From Nitrospirota bacterium (GTDB lineage Bacteria > Nitrospirota > UBA9217), in assembly GCA_963790205.1 (NCBI GenBank), contig CAWBNQ010000001.1:704001-768000 (forward strand): a stretch of DNA of 64,000 nt, written 5' to 3'. The translations under genes and the position numbers were made by a program. Shown here piece after piece: positions 7,882-17,246 of this stretch (positions are counted from its first letter, which is position 1; every line of letters starts with the position of its first letter). The notes beneath the pieces were generated by a model. The model was not told the origin of the DNA and made no database searches. It saw only the letters and a list, made by a program, of their open reading frames with translations.

Positions 7882-8727
7882 ATGGTGAACCTGCTGAACA
7901 GCCGGGCGGAAGCCTGCGGAGTCGAGACCTTCCATTGCGGGAACTGCGGCCGGGACTTTGAAGCGAAGATCATTACCTGGGTCGACGTCTCGCGCGCCCC
8001 GCAGGTGAAACGGGCGTTGCTTACGTGGGAGTTCAACATAATCCAGTGCGCACACTGCGGGTGCCGTCATTTTTCCGGAACGCTTTTTTTCTTCGAGGAT
8101 TTCGAGGAAGGCCTGCTTATTGCCGTGTTTCCCCGCATACCGGAGAAGCGCGGAGAAATGGAGAGGCGCATCAGGGAAAGGTACGGCTACTATCCGGCAC
8201 TCGAATTTTTTTACGACATGACGCAGCTATGGATGCTGATCTATTTTCAGGAGCACTATAAAACGAATAAGAATGCGAATGTCCCATCGAGGCTTGGCAG
8301 GGATGAGGAGCGGCTTCGCAAGATGCTTCATTTTCTGAAAGAAGACCCGCTGATGATCGGCATTCGGGAGAAGCTGACCGAATCGTTTTTCAGCGACGAG
8401 ACGAACGATGAGCTCGCCGACATCCTGGGGCAAGCCGTGTATACGCTGGAGGAGAGGTTTCCCTGGCCGCTGGACAGGCAATGCAGGTGCGGCGCCGATC
8501 TTACGGCCGGGCTCACCTGCTGCGGCACCCGGATAAATCTTGACAATCACGATCCTTTGCTCTCGCGCCGTTATGTTATCTATTGTCCAACGTGTAAAGA
8601 GGCGCTCGGGGGCGCGTCCTGCGGGGCATGCGGCAGGGCCTATACCTGGAAGCTCGGCCTTGTGGGTTCGTATGCTGCGGCAGTGCGCGAAGAGACGCCG
8701 CTCATGTGCAACGCGAAGCACGAGTGA
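7882..8727 (+). CDS. CpXC-domain / Cys-rich putative zinc-binding protein
   Basis: N-terminal CGNC...CAHC; C-terminal CRC, CC, CPTC and CGAC. Confidence 0.65.
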   Translation: MVNLLNSRAEACGVETFHCGNCGRDFEAKIITWVDVSRAPQVKRALLTWEFNIIQCAHCGCRHFSGTLFFFEDFEEGLLIAVFPRIPEKRGEMERRIRERYGYYPALEFFYDMTQLWMLIYFQEHYKTNKNANVPSRLGRDEERLRKMLHFLKEDPLMIGIREKLTESFFSDETNDELADILGQAVYTLEERFPWPLDRQCRCGADLTAGLTCCGTRINLDNHDPLLSRRYVIYCPTCKEALGGASCGACGRAYTWKLGLVGSYAAAVREETPLMCNAKHE

Positions 8728-9154
8728 AAAAATGTGAAGAGGGGCGCCGGGCGCAGCGATCCGGCGTGGGCGATCAGTGTTTAACAGAAAATCGTCCATC
8801 GCGATTTTCTTCCCGTTGAGCAGGCAACTGATGCCAAAGCGCCCTCGATTAACTATGCCGGATTTTTCTTGACGCATTGTTTATCTTGTGTTAATTTCAA
8901 TGTGGAAGACCTGACGGGTTTGTTCTTCAAACCGGTAAGGATAATGTCGGACAAGGATATAGGCGTGGAAATTCCGTGCAGGCTCTCTTGGACATCATGA
9001 GCGGGCAGCGTTTTCATTGACTTGCCTTCGCTGCTGCACGGGCAGCTTGACGAGCTGCATATTCCCACCCTGCAATGCACTTTATTCCCACTCCCTACAT
9101 CCCACGCTCAAAGAAAGCTCTTCATGTTTGAATGCGCAGTAGCTGGAGGCACGG

Positions 9155-11179
9155 TTGAAGGCGATAACGGGAGAGAACCTGAAGGACCTGTTCCTTGCCG
9201 AAAAATGGCAGGATCTTTTCACGACCCTCTCCGACGCTCTCGGATTTAGTCTGAGCATTTGTGCCGAGAACGGTAAGCCGATCTTTGTTCCGGAAGGAGC
9301 ACCTCCCCTGTGCAAGGCGTTCCGCTCCGCCTCGCCGGAGTTCAATGCTCATTGTGAGAAGTACTTGCGTGCCGTGATAACAAGAACGATCGAATCGGAC
9401 AAGCCAAAGCTCTTCAAATGTTATGCAATGATCATGAGCTTCACCCTCCCCATTGAATACATGGGAGAGAAGGCTGTGATCCTGGGACAGGGTTCGTTTG
9501 CAAGCTACGAAGATTTCCGCGAGTGTATGAATCGCGTGAATTCTTTAGACCTTGGTCCCGCCTCCCTGCGAATGCCCCTCACCTTTACCACCCCCCAACA
9601 TACCTCGAAGGTCCGCGGTCTTGTGGCCGACTCCGTAAACCAGCTTTTAAAGAACACCCAGGAGGCAGTTACCCTTCGGAAGAAGTTAGAAAACCTGAAA
9701 AGCGTTTTCAGCGCAGGGGCCACCACTGCAGAGGAACAACCCGACGCACTGTACAGAGACATGGTGCGCAAACTGTCGACGCTGCTTGATATCGAGTGCA
9801 TTGCCATCCTTACTCTTGACCGGAAACAGGGGAGGTATGCCAGTCGTTATAGCCTCTCGAAGCACGGCGGGCAGACCGAGGCTCTCAGTATCAGTGAACA
9901 TGACGGGCTCGTGCAGGATCTCCTGAGCGGGAGTCCGTTCGTCCTGTCCGCGGAGCCGGTTACGGACCCCAAGGCGGACTTTCTGGTCGGCAGGGGAGCC
10001 TTATATTTTTTCCCGATCATAGTAAATAAGAAATTAGAGGCAATTCTGCGTATCGACGACCGGGTTCTCAAAGAGAGCGATACCCATATCATCACCGGAT
10101 TCTGCAAGCAGGCCGCCCTCTCCCTCGAGAACCACCGGCTGCACCGCGACCTGTACAAGAAATTCGACCGGTTCGCCGCGATAGCAGAGTTGACGAAGTC
10201 GATAACGCCTATCCAGAATGAAAAGAATCTGCTCCGGCTGGTCCTCGACAAGTCCGCCGAGCTGCTCAAGGCGGAGCAGGGGTCCCTGATGCTGCTCGAC
10301 CGCGAGACCGACGTCCTGCTCCTGGAGGCAAAAAAGGGCGTCGTCGAAGGCGTGTCCGACAAGCTCAGGATAAACCGGGGTGAGGGGATCTCAGGCAAAG
10401 TTGCCGAGCTTGGCGAGCCCTTCCTGGTCGAGAACGTTGAGAGCGACCCGAGGATCAATCAGAAAAACAGGCAGCACTATAAAACACGGTCATTTGTCAG
10501 CGTGCCGCTCAAGATTGAAGACCGTATCATCGGGGTGCTCAACCTTGCGGACAAAACGAGTGGAGAGGTTTTTAATGAAGAAGACCTGAATCTCGTCCAA
10601 TCTTTTGCGAGCCAGGCCGCCATCGTCATGGAGCGGAATATATTTTATAATAAAACGGAAGAGCTCAAGAAGCTGACCATTACTGACCACCTGACCGGAC
10701 TCCTGAACCGGAGGTACCTGTATGAACGGCTGAAAGATGAAGTTGCGCGATCCGAACGGCATGGCCATCACCTGAGCCTCCTCATGCTCGATCTTGACGG
10801 GTTCAAAATGATCAACGACACCTTCGGCCATCTGTTCGGCGACCAGATGCTCATCGGCATTGCGGAGACCTTATTGAAGACGGTACGGTCCATGGACGTT
10901 GTGGCCCGGTACGGCGGTGACGAGTTCATGATAATCCTCCCCGAAACCGTGGAGTCACTGGCAGTCGAAATCGCGGAGCGGCTGAGGAACATCATTGCGC
11001 ATCAGGGAGTGTCTCCCCAGGAAGCGGCAGCCACGGGACTGCCGCTGCTGTCCGCGAGTATCGGCATCGTGTGCTTTCCTGAGCACGGCGAGACGGTCGA
11101 ACTCCTGATCGAGAATGTTGACAAAGCGCTTTACCGTGCTAAAAACAAGGGAAAAAACAGGATAGAGGTATTTTCGTAG
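9155..11179 (+). CDS. Diguanylate cyclase with PocR-like and GAF sensor domains
   Basis: N-terminal PocR-like Cys pattern, GAF regions, DHLTGLLNRR, DLDGFKMINDTFGH, RSMD I-site, GGDEF. Confidence 0.9.
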   Translation: MKAITGENLKDLFLAEKWQDLFTTLSDALGFSLSICAENGKPIFVPEGAPPLCKAFRSASPEFNAHCEKYLRAVITRTIESDKPKLFKCYAMIMSFTLPIEYMGEKAVILGQGSFASYEDFRECMNRVNSLDLGPASLRMPLTFTTPQHTSKVRGLVADSVNQLLKNTQEAVTLRKKLENLKSVFSAGATTAEEQPDALYRDMVRKLSTLLDIECIAILTLDRKQGRYASRYSLSKHGGQTEALSISEHDGLVQDLLSGSPFVLSAEPVTDPKADFLVGRGALYFFPIIVNKKLEAILRIDDRVLKESDTHIITGFCKQAALSLENHRLHRDLYKKFDRFAAIAELTKSITPIQNEKNLLRLVLDKSAELLKAEQGSLMLLDRETDVLLLEAKKGVVEGVSDKLRINRGEGISGKVAELGEPFLVENVESDPRINQKNRQHYKTRSFVSVPLKIEDRIIGVLNLADKTSGEVFNEEDLNLVQSFASQAAIVMERNIFYNKTEELKKLTITDHLTGLLNRRYLYERLKDEVARSERHGHHLSLLMLDLDGFKMINDTFGHLFGDQMLIGIAETLLKTVRSMDVVARYGGDEFMIILPETVESLAVEIAERLRNIIAHQGVSPQEAAATGLPLLSASIGIVCFPEHGETVELLIENVDKALYRAKNKGKNRIEVFS

Positions 11180-11180
11180 A

Positions 11181-12854
11181 ATGTCATTCAGCGCGCTCCA
11201 GGAAACTGACTTTTTTGGGAGGAGAGAGGAACTGGCCGGTCTTTCCCGCAGGGTCCTGCGTGCGGACAAGGGCTTGGCGCAGAGCGCCGTTCTTTCCGGT
11301 CCCCTGGGCGTCGGAAAGACGGAGCTGCTCAAACAGCTCTTCGGCTATCTGTTCTGGAGGCAGGATCGTGTCGTTCCTTTTTACTATACGGTGAACCCCG
11401 CTCTGCTGTCCGCCGCCGCTTTTTCCAAAGACTATCTGACCAGGTATCTTTGCCAACGGCTCGCTTTTGAGAAAAAGGAACAATCTCTCTTCTATCTTGA
11501 GGGGTTATCGCTTGATGGTTTGTCAGCTCTTGTGGAAGAACGGGAAGCCGTCTGGGCACGAGAGATTCTTGAACGGTTCATTCAGAGTTCCGGCGATCCC
11601 ATCGACGCATTGCGCGTTGCAATCAGCGCACCTCACCAGTCGGCACTTGCCACCGGGATGCCGGCAGCAGTCTTGCTCGATGAATTTCACAGGCTGAAGG
11701 ACCTCCATATCGGCAATACTCCCGATCCGCGCCTGGTCTCCCTTTTTGAAGCGCCGATGTTGTTCAGTAAGACCCCTCACGTGGTTACCGGACGTGCGGC
11801 AGAGATTCACGAGATGCCCGTCACCAGGGGTCTTGAGAGGATAGTGGTACAGCCGCTTGGCCCCGAGGAGACCTTGTTAAAAGCCCTCTCCCTCCTCCGG
11901 GCCCAAGAATCCGAGGGAAACGGACCTCCTCCTCTCCTCCTTCAACATCTCGGAGGCAACCCTTTCTATCTTTCGTGCCTGATCAACGCTGCGTGCATAA
12001 AGAAAAATCCGGAGGAAAAAGATTATTGGAAGGCCTATGCCGCGGAGATCACGGGGGGGGCTCTTTCCCTCTCCTGGTCATCGATTCTGAAGAGCTTTTT
12101 CCCGGACATGGGGGCAAAGAGAACAGCCCTGGCAATAGCCTATAAAATCTATCACACGAGCGAACCCCTTTCCTGCCCTCGGATCGCGAAAGCCTTTGCG
12201 CTGGCGGACGGCCAGGCGGAATCGATAGCGAATGCTCTGTATCTCGCCGGTCTTGTACGCGGAGAATTCGGCGTGTTCAGAGCAGCGGAAGACAGGGTGG
12301 TGCAGGACGTAATTGACAGCTTTTACATGAGGGAGATTCTCGGCAAGCCCTCTGATAGCCTGGAACAGGAATTCGTTGAAAAGTTACTTCCAAAGCGGGA
12401 AGAGGCCGTCCACTTTGAGATGACGCTGCCCATGGCTAAAGAGGCGGAACTGGTGGCGGCGCAGTGCCTTGACCAGATAGGCAAAAATCTCGGCATAAAC
12501 CGGGATGCCATCGGACAGCTTCAAATAGCGGTTATTGAGGCATGCATCAATGCGATGGAGCACAGCAAGGGGGCTGATAGGAACATATATTTAAGCTTTG
12601 CAGTTGATGGAGACGGTATGGAGGTTTCCATCGAAAGCTCCGGCCAGGAGTTCATCCTGCAAGAGACCGGCGAGCCCTTCGATGACAAAAAGCCCACGAA
12701 AGCCCCGGGCAGGGGGTGGGGGATTAAGCTGATGAAGCGCTTCGTGGATGACGTGAGGTTTGAAAAGACCAAGAGGGGGACGAAGACTGTATTGGTCAAA
12801 AACTTCGCAAAAACCGCAGAGGTGCAGAAGGAGAATAGAGAAGACCGTGAATAA
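11181..12854 (+). CDS. P-loop ATPase fused to an RsbW/SpoIIAB-like HATPase (anti-sigma kinase) domain
   Basis: FFGRREEL, Walker A GPLGVGKT, Walker B LLDE. C-terminal EACINAMEH and GRGWGIKLMKRFVD. Confidence 0.8.
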   Translation: MSFSALQETDFFGRREELAGLSRRVLRADKGLAQSAVLSGPLGVGKTELLKQLFGYLFWRQDRVVPFYYTVNPALLSAAAFSKDYLTRYLCQRLAFEKKEQSLFYLEGLSLDGLSALVEEREAVWAREILERFIQSSGDPIDALRVAISAPHQSALATGMPAAVLLDEFHRLKDLHIGNTPDPRLVSLFEAPMLFSKTPHVVTGRAAEIHEMPVTRGLERIVVQPLGPEETLLKALSLLRAQESEGNGPPPLLLQHLGGNPFYLSCLINAACIKKNPEEKDYWKAYAAEITGGALSLSWSSILKSFFPDMGAKRTALAIAYKIYHTSEPLSCPRIAKAFALADGQAESIANALYLAGLVRGEFGVFRAAEDRVVQDVIDSFYMREILGKPSDSLEQEFVEKLLPKREEAVHFEMTLPMAKEAELVAAQCLDQIGKNLGINRDAIGQLQIAVIEACINAMEHSKGADRNIYLSFAVDGDGMEVSIESSGQEFILQETGEPFDDKKPTKAPGRGWGIKLMKRFVDDVRFEKTKRGTKTVLVKNFAKTAEVQKENREDRE

Positions 12855-13200
12855 TTTTTCCATCACTATGAGGTCGGCACATGGCGTGGCCGTCATGTTG
12901 CCCAAAGGGTACATTAATGACCTTGGGGCTGAGAGCCTCGAGCAGACGAGTGAGCAGTATCTCGGGGAAGGGTTGAAAAAGCTCGTCGTAAATTTTTCCG
13001 ACGTGCAGTTCATCAACACCATCGGTGTTTCTATTTTCACCGGTATCATACAGAAGACACAGGAATACAAGGGGTTACTCTGTTTTACCAATATGAAGAA
13101 GACGCACCGGGATATCTTTGAGATGGTGGGCCTGATACAGCACGTAAAGGTTTTTAAAGACGAAGAGGACGCTCTCAATTACTTGAATGAGCGAGGGTGA
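12847..13200 (+). CDS. STAS domain anti-sigma factor antagonist
   Basis: LVVNFSDVQFINTIGVS...IFEMVGL. GTG start overlaps the upstream gene. Confidence 0.85.
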   Translation: MNNFSITMRSAHGVAVMLPKGYINDLGAESLEQTSEQYLGEGLKKLVVNFSDVQFINTIGVSIFTGIIQKTQEYKGLLCFTNMKKTHRDIFEMVGLIQHVKVFKDEEDALNYLNERG

Positions 13201-13201
13201 T

Positions 13202-14428
13202 ATGGCGAATAAAAAGATGCATCTCAAACAGCTGATGTTCAGCATGGCATCGCTGGTTGACTTGGGGCAGGAAGCGACATCATCGAAGGACATAGCAGAG
13301 CAAATGAAAGCAGCCCTCTATATCGTTACGGGCATGTTCTCCGTACCGACGGCTGCTCTGTTTGTATACAACCCGCACCGAAAGAGTCTCGAACTTATTG
13401 CTCAGAAAGGCCATAAGGACAAGACCAAACAGGATGTCACCCTGTCCGTCCCGGGAGATCATATAATAAAACGCTTTCGCGTCAATGAACCGCATCCTGT
13501 AAAAGAGATGGCCGGGAGTGCGTTCTTCAAACGGAACGACAAGGTGTTTTCGAAACTGCAAGCAAGAGTGTTTATCCCGCTCTTTGCCAAAGATGAATTT
13601 GTCGGGACCCTGGCTCTCGGCAAAAAGCTCGGCCGGGCGGTCTTCCGTAAGAGCGATAAGGACGTTCTCCGGGTCATTGCACATCAACTGGCAATAACGC
13701 TGCATAATGCGAAGCTGTTTTTGGAGCTCACCAGGAAGGCCGCGGAAAACAAAAGGCTCTATGATAGCATGCGGCGTATTTACCATGACACGATACAGGC
13801 ATTTTCCGCGGCGATCGATGCCAAGGACGAGTACACCAGAGACCATTCCTATCGAGTGGCAAGTTATGCCGTCGCTATCGCACGAGAGCTCGGTTGGAAG
13901 AGGAGGGACGTGGAAGGGATCTATGTCGCAGGCCTGCTCCATGACATCGGGAAGATCATCATTGACGTAAAAATCATCAATAAAGGAGCGGAGCTTACGG
14001 CCCCCGAGATACGAGAAATAAAAAAACATCCCCAGATATCCTACGATATCCTTTCGAAAATAAACTTCCCCTGGAAGAATATTGAACGTTTTGTCCGGCA
14101 TCATCATGAGCGGCCGGACGGGAAGGGGTATCCGGATGCGCTCATGTCCACAGAACTGAATGACGGCGAAAAGATCCTCGCGCTTGTTGATGCCTTTGAC
14201 GCGATGACGACGGACCGGCCATACCGCGAAAAGTTGGGGCTGGACGATGCCTTCCGTGAAGTAATGAGATGCAGCGGTACGCAATTCGACGAGAATATCA
14301 CAAATACGTTTTTCAACATAATCCGCAAGGAACTGAACGGGGAAGTGAAAAAGCCGCAGATACTCCCCCATTTGCAGCACCTGGATTGTGATAATTTCAG
14401 GGCTCTCGGCTCAGGCAACAGCATTTGA
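13202..14428 (+). CDS. GAF + HD-GYP cyclic dinucleotide phosphodiesterase
   Basis: HSYRVA, LLHDIGK, HHERPDGKGYP, DAFDAMTTDRPYR. Confidence 0.9.
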   Translation: MANKKMHLKQLMFSMASLVDLGQEATSSKDIAEQMKAALYIVTGMFSVPTAALFVYNPHRKSLELIAQKGHKDKTKQDVTLSVPGDHIIKRFRVNEPHPVKEMAGSAFFKRNDKVFSKLQARVFIPLFAKDEFVGTLALGKKLGRAVFRKSDKDVLRVIAHQLAITLHNAKLFLELTRKAAENKRLYDSMRRIYHDTIQAFSAAIDAKDEYTRDHSYRVASYAVAIARELGWKRRDVEGIYVAGLLHDIGKIIIDVKIINKGAELTAPEIREIKKHPQISYDILSKINFPWKNIERFVRHHHERPDGKGYPDALMSTELNDGEKILALVDAFDAMTTDRPYREKLGLDDAFREVMRCSGTQFDENITNTFFNIIRKELNGEVKKPQILPHLQHLDCDNFRALGSGNSI

Positions 14429-14492
14429 CCAGGGCCACGGATAGATTGAATGATGAGCGGGACCTGGTCCCTTGCCGGCATGATACAAAGAC

Positions 14493-14520
14493 CAAGGGCG
14501 GTGATTTCTCACCGCCCTTG
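14493..14520. terminator. Hairpin between convergent genes (probable terminator)
   Basis: CAAGGGCGGTGA-TTTC-TCACCGCCCTTG, a perfect 12-bp stem. Confidence 0.65.
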
Positions 14521-14585
14521 CTTGTGGAATCCTGAATTCCCATGCAGTTTCTATAAGGGTTTTAATTCCGCAATCCGCATTCGGC

Positions 14586-14903
14586 TTACGCCTTGACTTC
14601 CGCTTCCTTCTTTGCGCGCATCGTTGCCGGGGCTGAGACCACGAAACCCATGACCGTGCCCAGCAGGCCGCCCACCACGATGCTCACCGCGGCCGCGCAG
14701 GCGATCCCCACCGCGATGCCCATCACCACCGCCGCCCGCACAAACAGCGTCGGCTCAACCGCGCCGCCCGAAAGCTTCTGGAGCAGGATCAAGGTCCCGT
14801 AGCTCCCGAAGTAGAACCCCGGCACGATCCCCAGCGCCAGAAACACCAGCCCGCCGATGCTCGCCCCGATCTTCATTCCCGCTTTTACCGTCTCGTTCTT
14901 CAT
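14586..14903 (-). CDS. Small Gly-rich membrane protein
   Basis: 105 aa, hydrophobic, SD AAGGAG. Similar to its neighbour. Confidence 0.75.
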   Translation of the reverse strand: MKNETVKAGMKIGASIGGLVFLALGIVPGFYFGSYGTLILLQKLSGGAVEPTLFVRAAVVMGIAVGIACAAAVSIVVGGLLGTVMGFVVSAPATMRAKKEAEVKA

Positions 14904-14957
14904 ATAAATCTCCTTTCAATACTAGATTATATTTTTTGACCCGATTTTATCCCCTTG

Positions 14958-15275
14958 TTACCGATGTGCAGCCTCTTCCGCACGTTCCCCGGCATGCGCT
15001 CTCGGCTCCAGCACCTTGCCCGCGAGCCAGCCCACGGTGGTCGATGCCGTCACGATCACGATGCCCGCAACGAGCACGCCGATGAGCATGGATATCAGGA
15101 CGATGGTCCGGGAGAGAAGCCCCGGATCAAGCGGCAGGCCGAAAAGCCAGCCGGCGATACTGATGCCCGCGGCGCCTCCCAGGAGACTTCCCGGTAAAAG
15201 ACCGAAAATAGCGAAAAGCACCAGTCCTGCGCCAGCCCCTATGTATGCTGTCTTTCTTGAGAGTGTGGTCTTCAT
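14958..15275 (-). CDS. Small Gly-rich membrane protein (paralog of 14586-14903)
   Basis: 105 aa, IGAGAGLVLFAIFGLLPGSLLGG, SD AAGGAGG. Confidence 0.75.
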   Translation of the reverse strand: MKTTLSRKTAYIGAGAGLVLFAIFGLLPGSLLGGAAGISIAGWLFGLPLDPGLLSRTIVLISMLIGVLVAGIVIVTASTTVGWLAGKVLEPRAHAGERAEEAAHR

Positions 15276-15315
15276 GGTCGTTTCCTCCTTTTATCCTGCT
15301 TTTGACCTGATAAAT

Positions 15316-15331
15316 TGCATCAAGCATGCCA
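15316..15331 (-). promoter_or_regulatory. sigma54 (-24/-12) promoter
   Basis: Minus strand TGGCATGCTTGATGCA versus consensus TGGCACG-N4-TTGCW, ~40 bp before the ATG at 15275. Confidence 0.65.
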
Positions 15332-15460
15332 GAAGTCAACTAATTGATTTTATGCATATCCATCACGAAACTTTTTTGCAGGAATGAGAATCACGCGTTG
15401 CCGTGCTTATAAGTTTGCAAAAAAGAAGTCCAAAAAATTGCATAGTCACCGGCTTCTTCC

Positions 15461-15621
15461 CGCATACTCATCAGCGAGTTCACCGAGGCAAAGATCAGAA
15501 ACCTCATCGAGGGAGGCGTGCTCTTTAAGTGGATATGAAGGAAATGGACACGGTAAAGGTGAAGGGAAAGGACATCCCTGTCAAGATCTTCGGCATTGCG
15601 ACGAAGCTGAAGAAGGAGTAG
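15461..15621 (+). pseudogene. C-terminal relic of a class III adenylate/guanylate cyclase
   Basis: RILISEFTEAKI..., then after a frameshift EMDTVKVKGKDIPVKIFGI*. No upstream catalytic portion. Confidence 0.55.
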
Positions 15622-15789
15622 AAAAAATTTTCTGGATAAACGCAACTCGCTGCTATTTCACCTACTATTCTGCAGCCGTGTTGACGAAATATCTATGCAC
15701 AATACTGGTAGAATCCTGCACATAACACGTGCGTAACACGCCGCCTTATGGCGCGTCGCTGTTGACGTGAAGATTGAAAAGTACCGTTG

Positions 15790-15960
15790 TCCTGTACTAG
15801 ACTTTCTTAAGGTTTTAGCGGATGAAATCAGAGTTGTCGACAACAAGATATGCATTCGGGGAAGTCCTGCGGTGCTGACCGCGGCTATTGCAGAAAAAAA
15901 TGGGCGCCCGCTCCCTCGTGAGAGGAAGGGTGCCCGGTTTTGCACTTGAATGGCCCCAAT
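15790..15960 (+). pseudogene. Possible C-terminal relic of a large serine recombinase
   Basis: FLKVLADEIRVVDNKICIRGSPAVLTAAIAEK, then in a shifted frame VPGFALEW. Confidence 0.35.
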
Positions 15961-16177
15961 CTGGGCATCGAATGAGTAGATCTTATGCGAATAATACAAG
16001 ATGAAGTGTTGATCGTTGCCGTGAATGTAAACTCCAATGATACAGGATGTTTTTTGCAATTTAAAAAAGCTGGAACTCCCGCTGGCTTCAGAAAGAAGTT
16101 CATTATTGCTTATATTCATTATCAAACGAAAAAGAAAATATGCGACAATGCGCGGGCTGAGAAATAGAAAAAGAATA

Positions 16178-17140
16178 CTATCCCCTCAAGTGACAGTCCA
16201 CAAAGTGGCCATTCCCGAGTTCGGTCGTCCTCGGGACGATCTTGTCGCAGGGCTCGAAGCGGTAGATGCAACGGGTGTGGAAGCGGCAGCCGGGCGGGAT
16301 CTGCGCGGGGCTGGGAATGTCGCCCTTGAGCAAAATGTGCTTCCTCTTCACGGTCGGGTCCGCCACGGGGATGTCGGCAAGCAGCGCCTCCGTATAGGGG
16401 TGGGACGGATTACGATACATCTCCTCCGCAGGAGCACTTTCCACGATCTTGCCCAGATACATGACGGCCACACGGTCCGAGAAGTGGCGCACCAGGTTCA
16501 GATCGTGAGCGATAAAGAGGAACGACAGCTTCAACTCATCCCGCAGGTCTTCGAGGAGGTTGATGATCTGCGCCTGGACCGATACGTCGAGGGCAGAGAC
16601 CGGCTCGTCGGCGACGATAAACGACGGTCCGCACGCAAGGGCGCGGGCAATGCCGACCCGCTGGCGCTGCCCGCCGGAAAATTCGTGGGGGTAACGGCGC
16701 ATGGCGTCGGCGGAGAGCCCTACCTTTTCGAGCAATGCTGCAGCCCGCACGGGCAGTTCGCGGTTCTTCGCAAGCCCATGGATCACGAGCGGCTCGGTAA
16801 TGATCTCCTCGATGCGCATTCGCGGATTGAGCGAAGCGAAGGGATCCTGGAAGATAATCTGCATCTTCTTGCGGAGCGCGCGGAGTTCCTGCTTCCTCAG
16901 CCCGCCGAGGTCCTTCCCCTCAAAGGCTACACTGCCCGATGTCGGCTCAAGCAGCCTGAGTGCGAGCCTGCCGAGGGTCGACTTGCCGCAGCCGCTTTCA
17001 CCCACGAGACCCAAGGCCTCGCCGCGCGAAACGTCCAGGCTCACTCCGTCCACGGCCTTGGCCTCGATGGTTTTCCCGAGGTCCGCCTTGACGGGAAAAA
17101 ATTTGTAGAGGTCTCTTATTTTAAGAAGGGGGTTGGGCAT
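16178..17140 (-). CDS. dppF: Oligo/dipeptide ABC transporter ATP-binding subunit (OppF/DppF)
   Basis: [25 protein letters not shown]-terminal GCRFHTRC. Confidence 0.85.
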   Translation of the reverse strand: MPNPLLKIRDLYKFFPVKADLGKTIEAKAVDGVSLDVSRGEALGLVGESGCGKSTLGRLALRLLEPTSGSVAFEGKDLGGLRKQELRALRKKMQIIFQDPFASLNPRMRIEEIITEPLVIHGLAKNRELPVRAAALLEKVGLSADAMRRYPHEFSGGQRQRVGIARALACGPSFIVADEPVSALDVSVQAQIINLLEDLRDELKLSFLFIAHDLNLVRHFSDRVAVMYLGKIVESAPAEEMYRNPSHPYTEALLADIPVADPTVKRKHILLKGDIPSPAQIPPGCRFHTRCIYRFEPCDKIVPRTTELGNGHFVDCHLRG

Positions 17141-17145
17141 AGTTC

Positions 17146-17243
17146 ATTTCGGATTGCGAATTGCGGATTTAGGATTGAGAAAAATCTGAGCCAGCAGGTT
17201 CTCCGATCATAAATTCGCGATTCGCAATCGGCAATCCGCAATT
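17146..17243. repeat. Heptamer tandem repeats in inverted arms
   Basis: ATTTCGG ATTGCGA ATTGCGG ATTTAGG ... ATTCGCG ATTCGCA ATCGGCA ATCCGCA. Confidence 0.8.
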
Positions 17244-17246
17244 AGT

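Noticed and set aside
8730..9150. Riboswitch or ncRNA in the long leader of the diguanylate cyclase
   Set aside because: No recognisable c-di-GMP or other riboswitch consensus by eye; a covariance-model search would be needed.
15658..16125. 155-aa minus-strand ORF
   Set aside because: No motif or clear SD; the plus-strand relic explains the region better.
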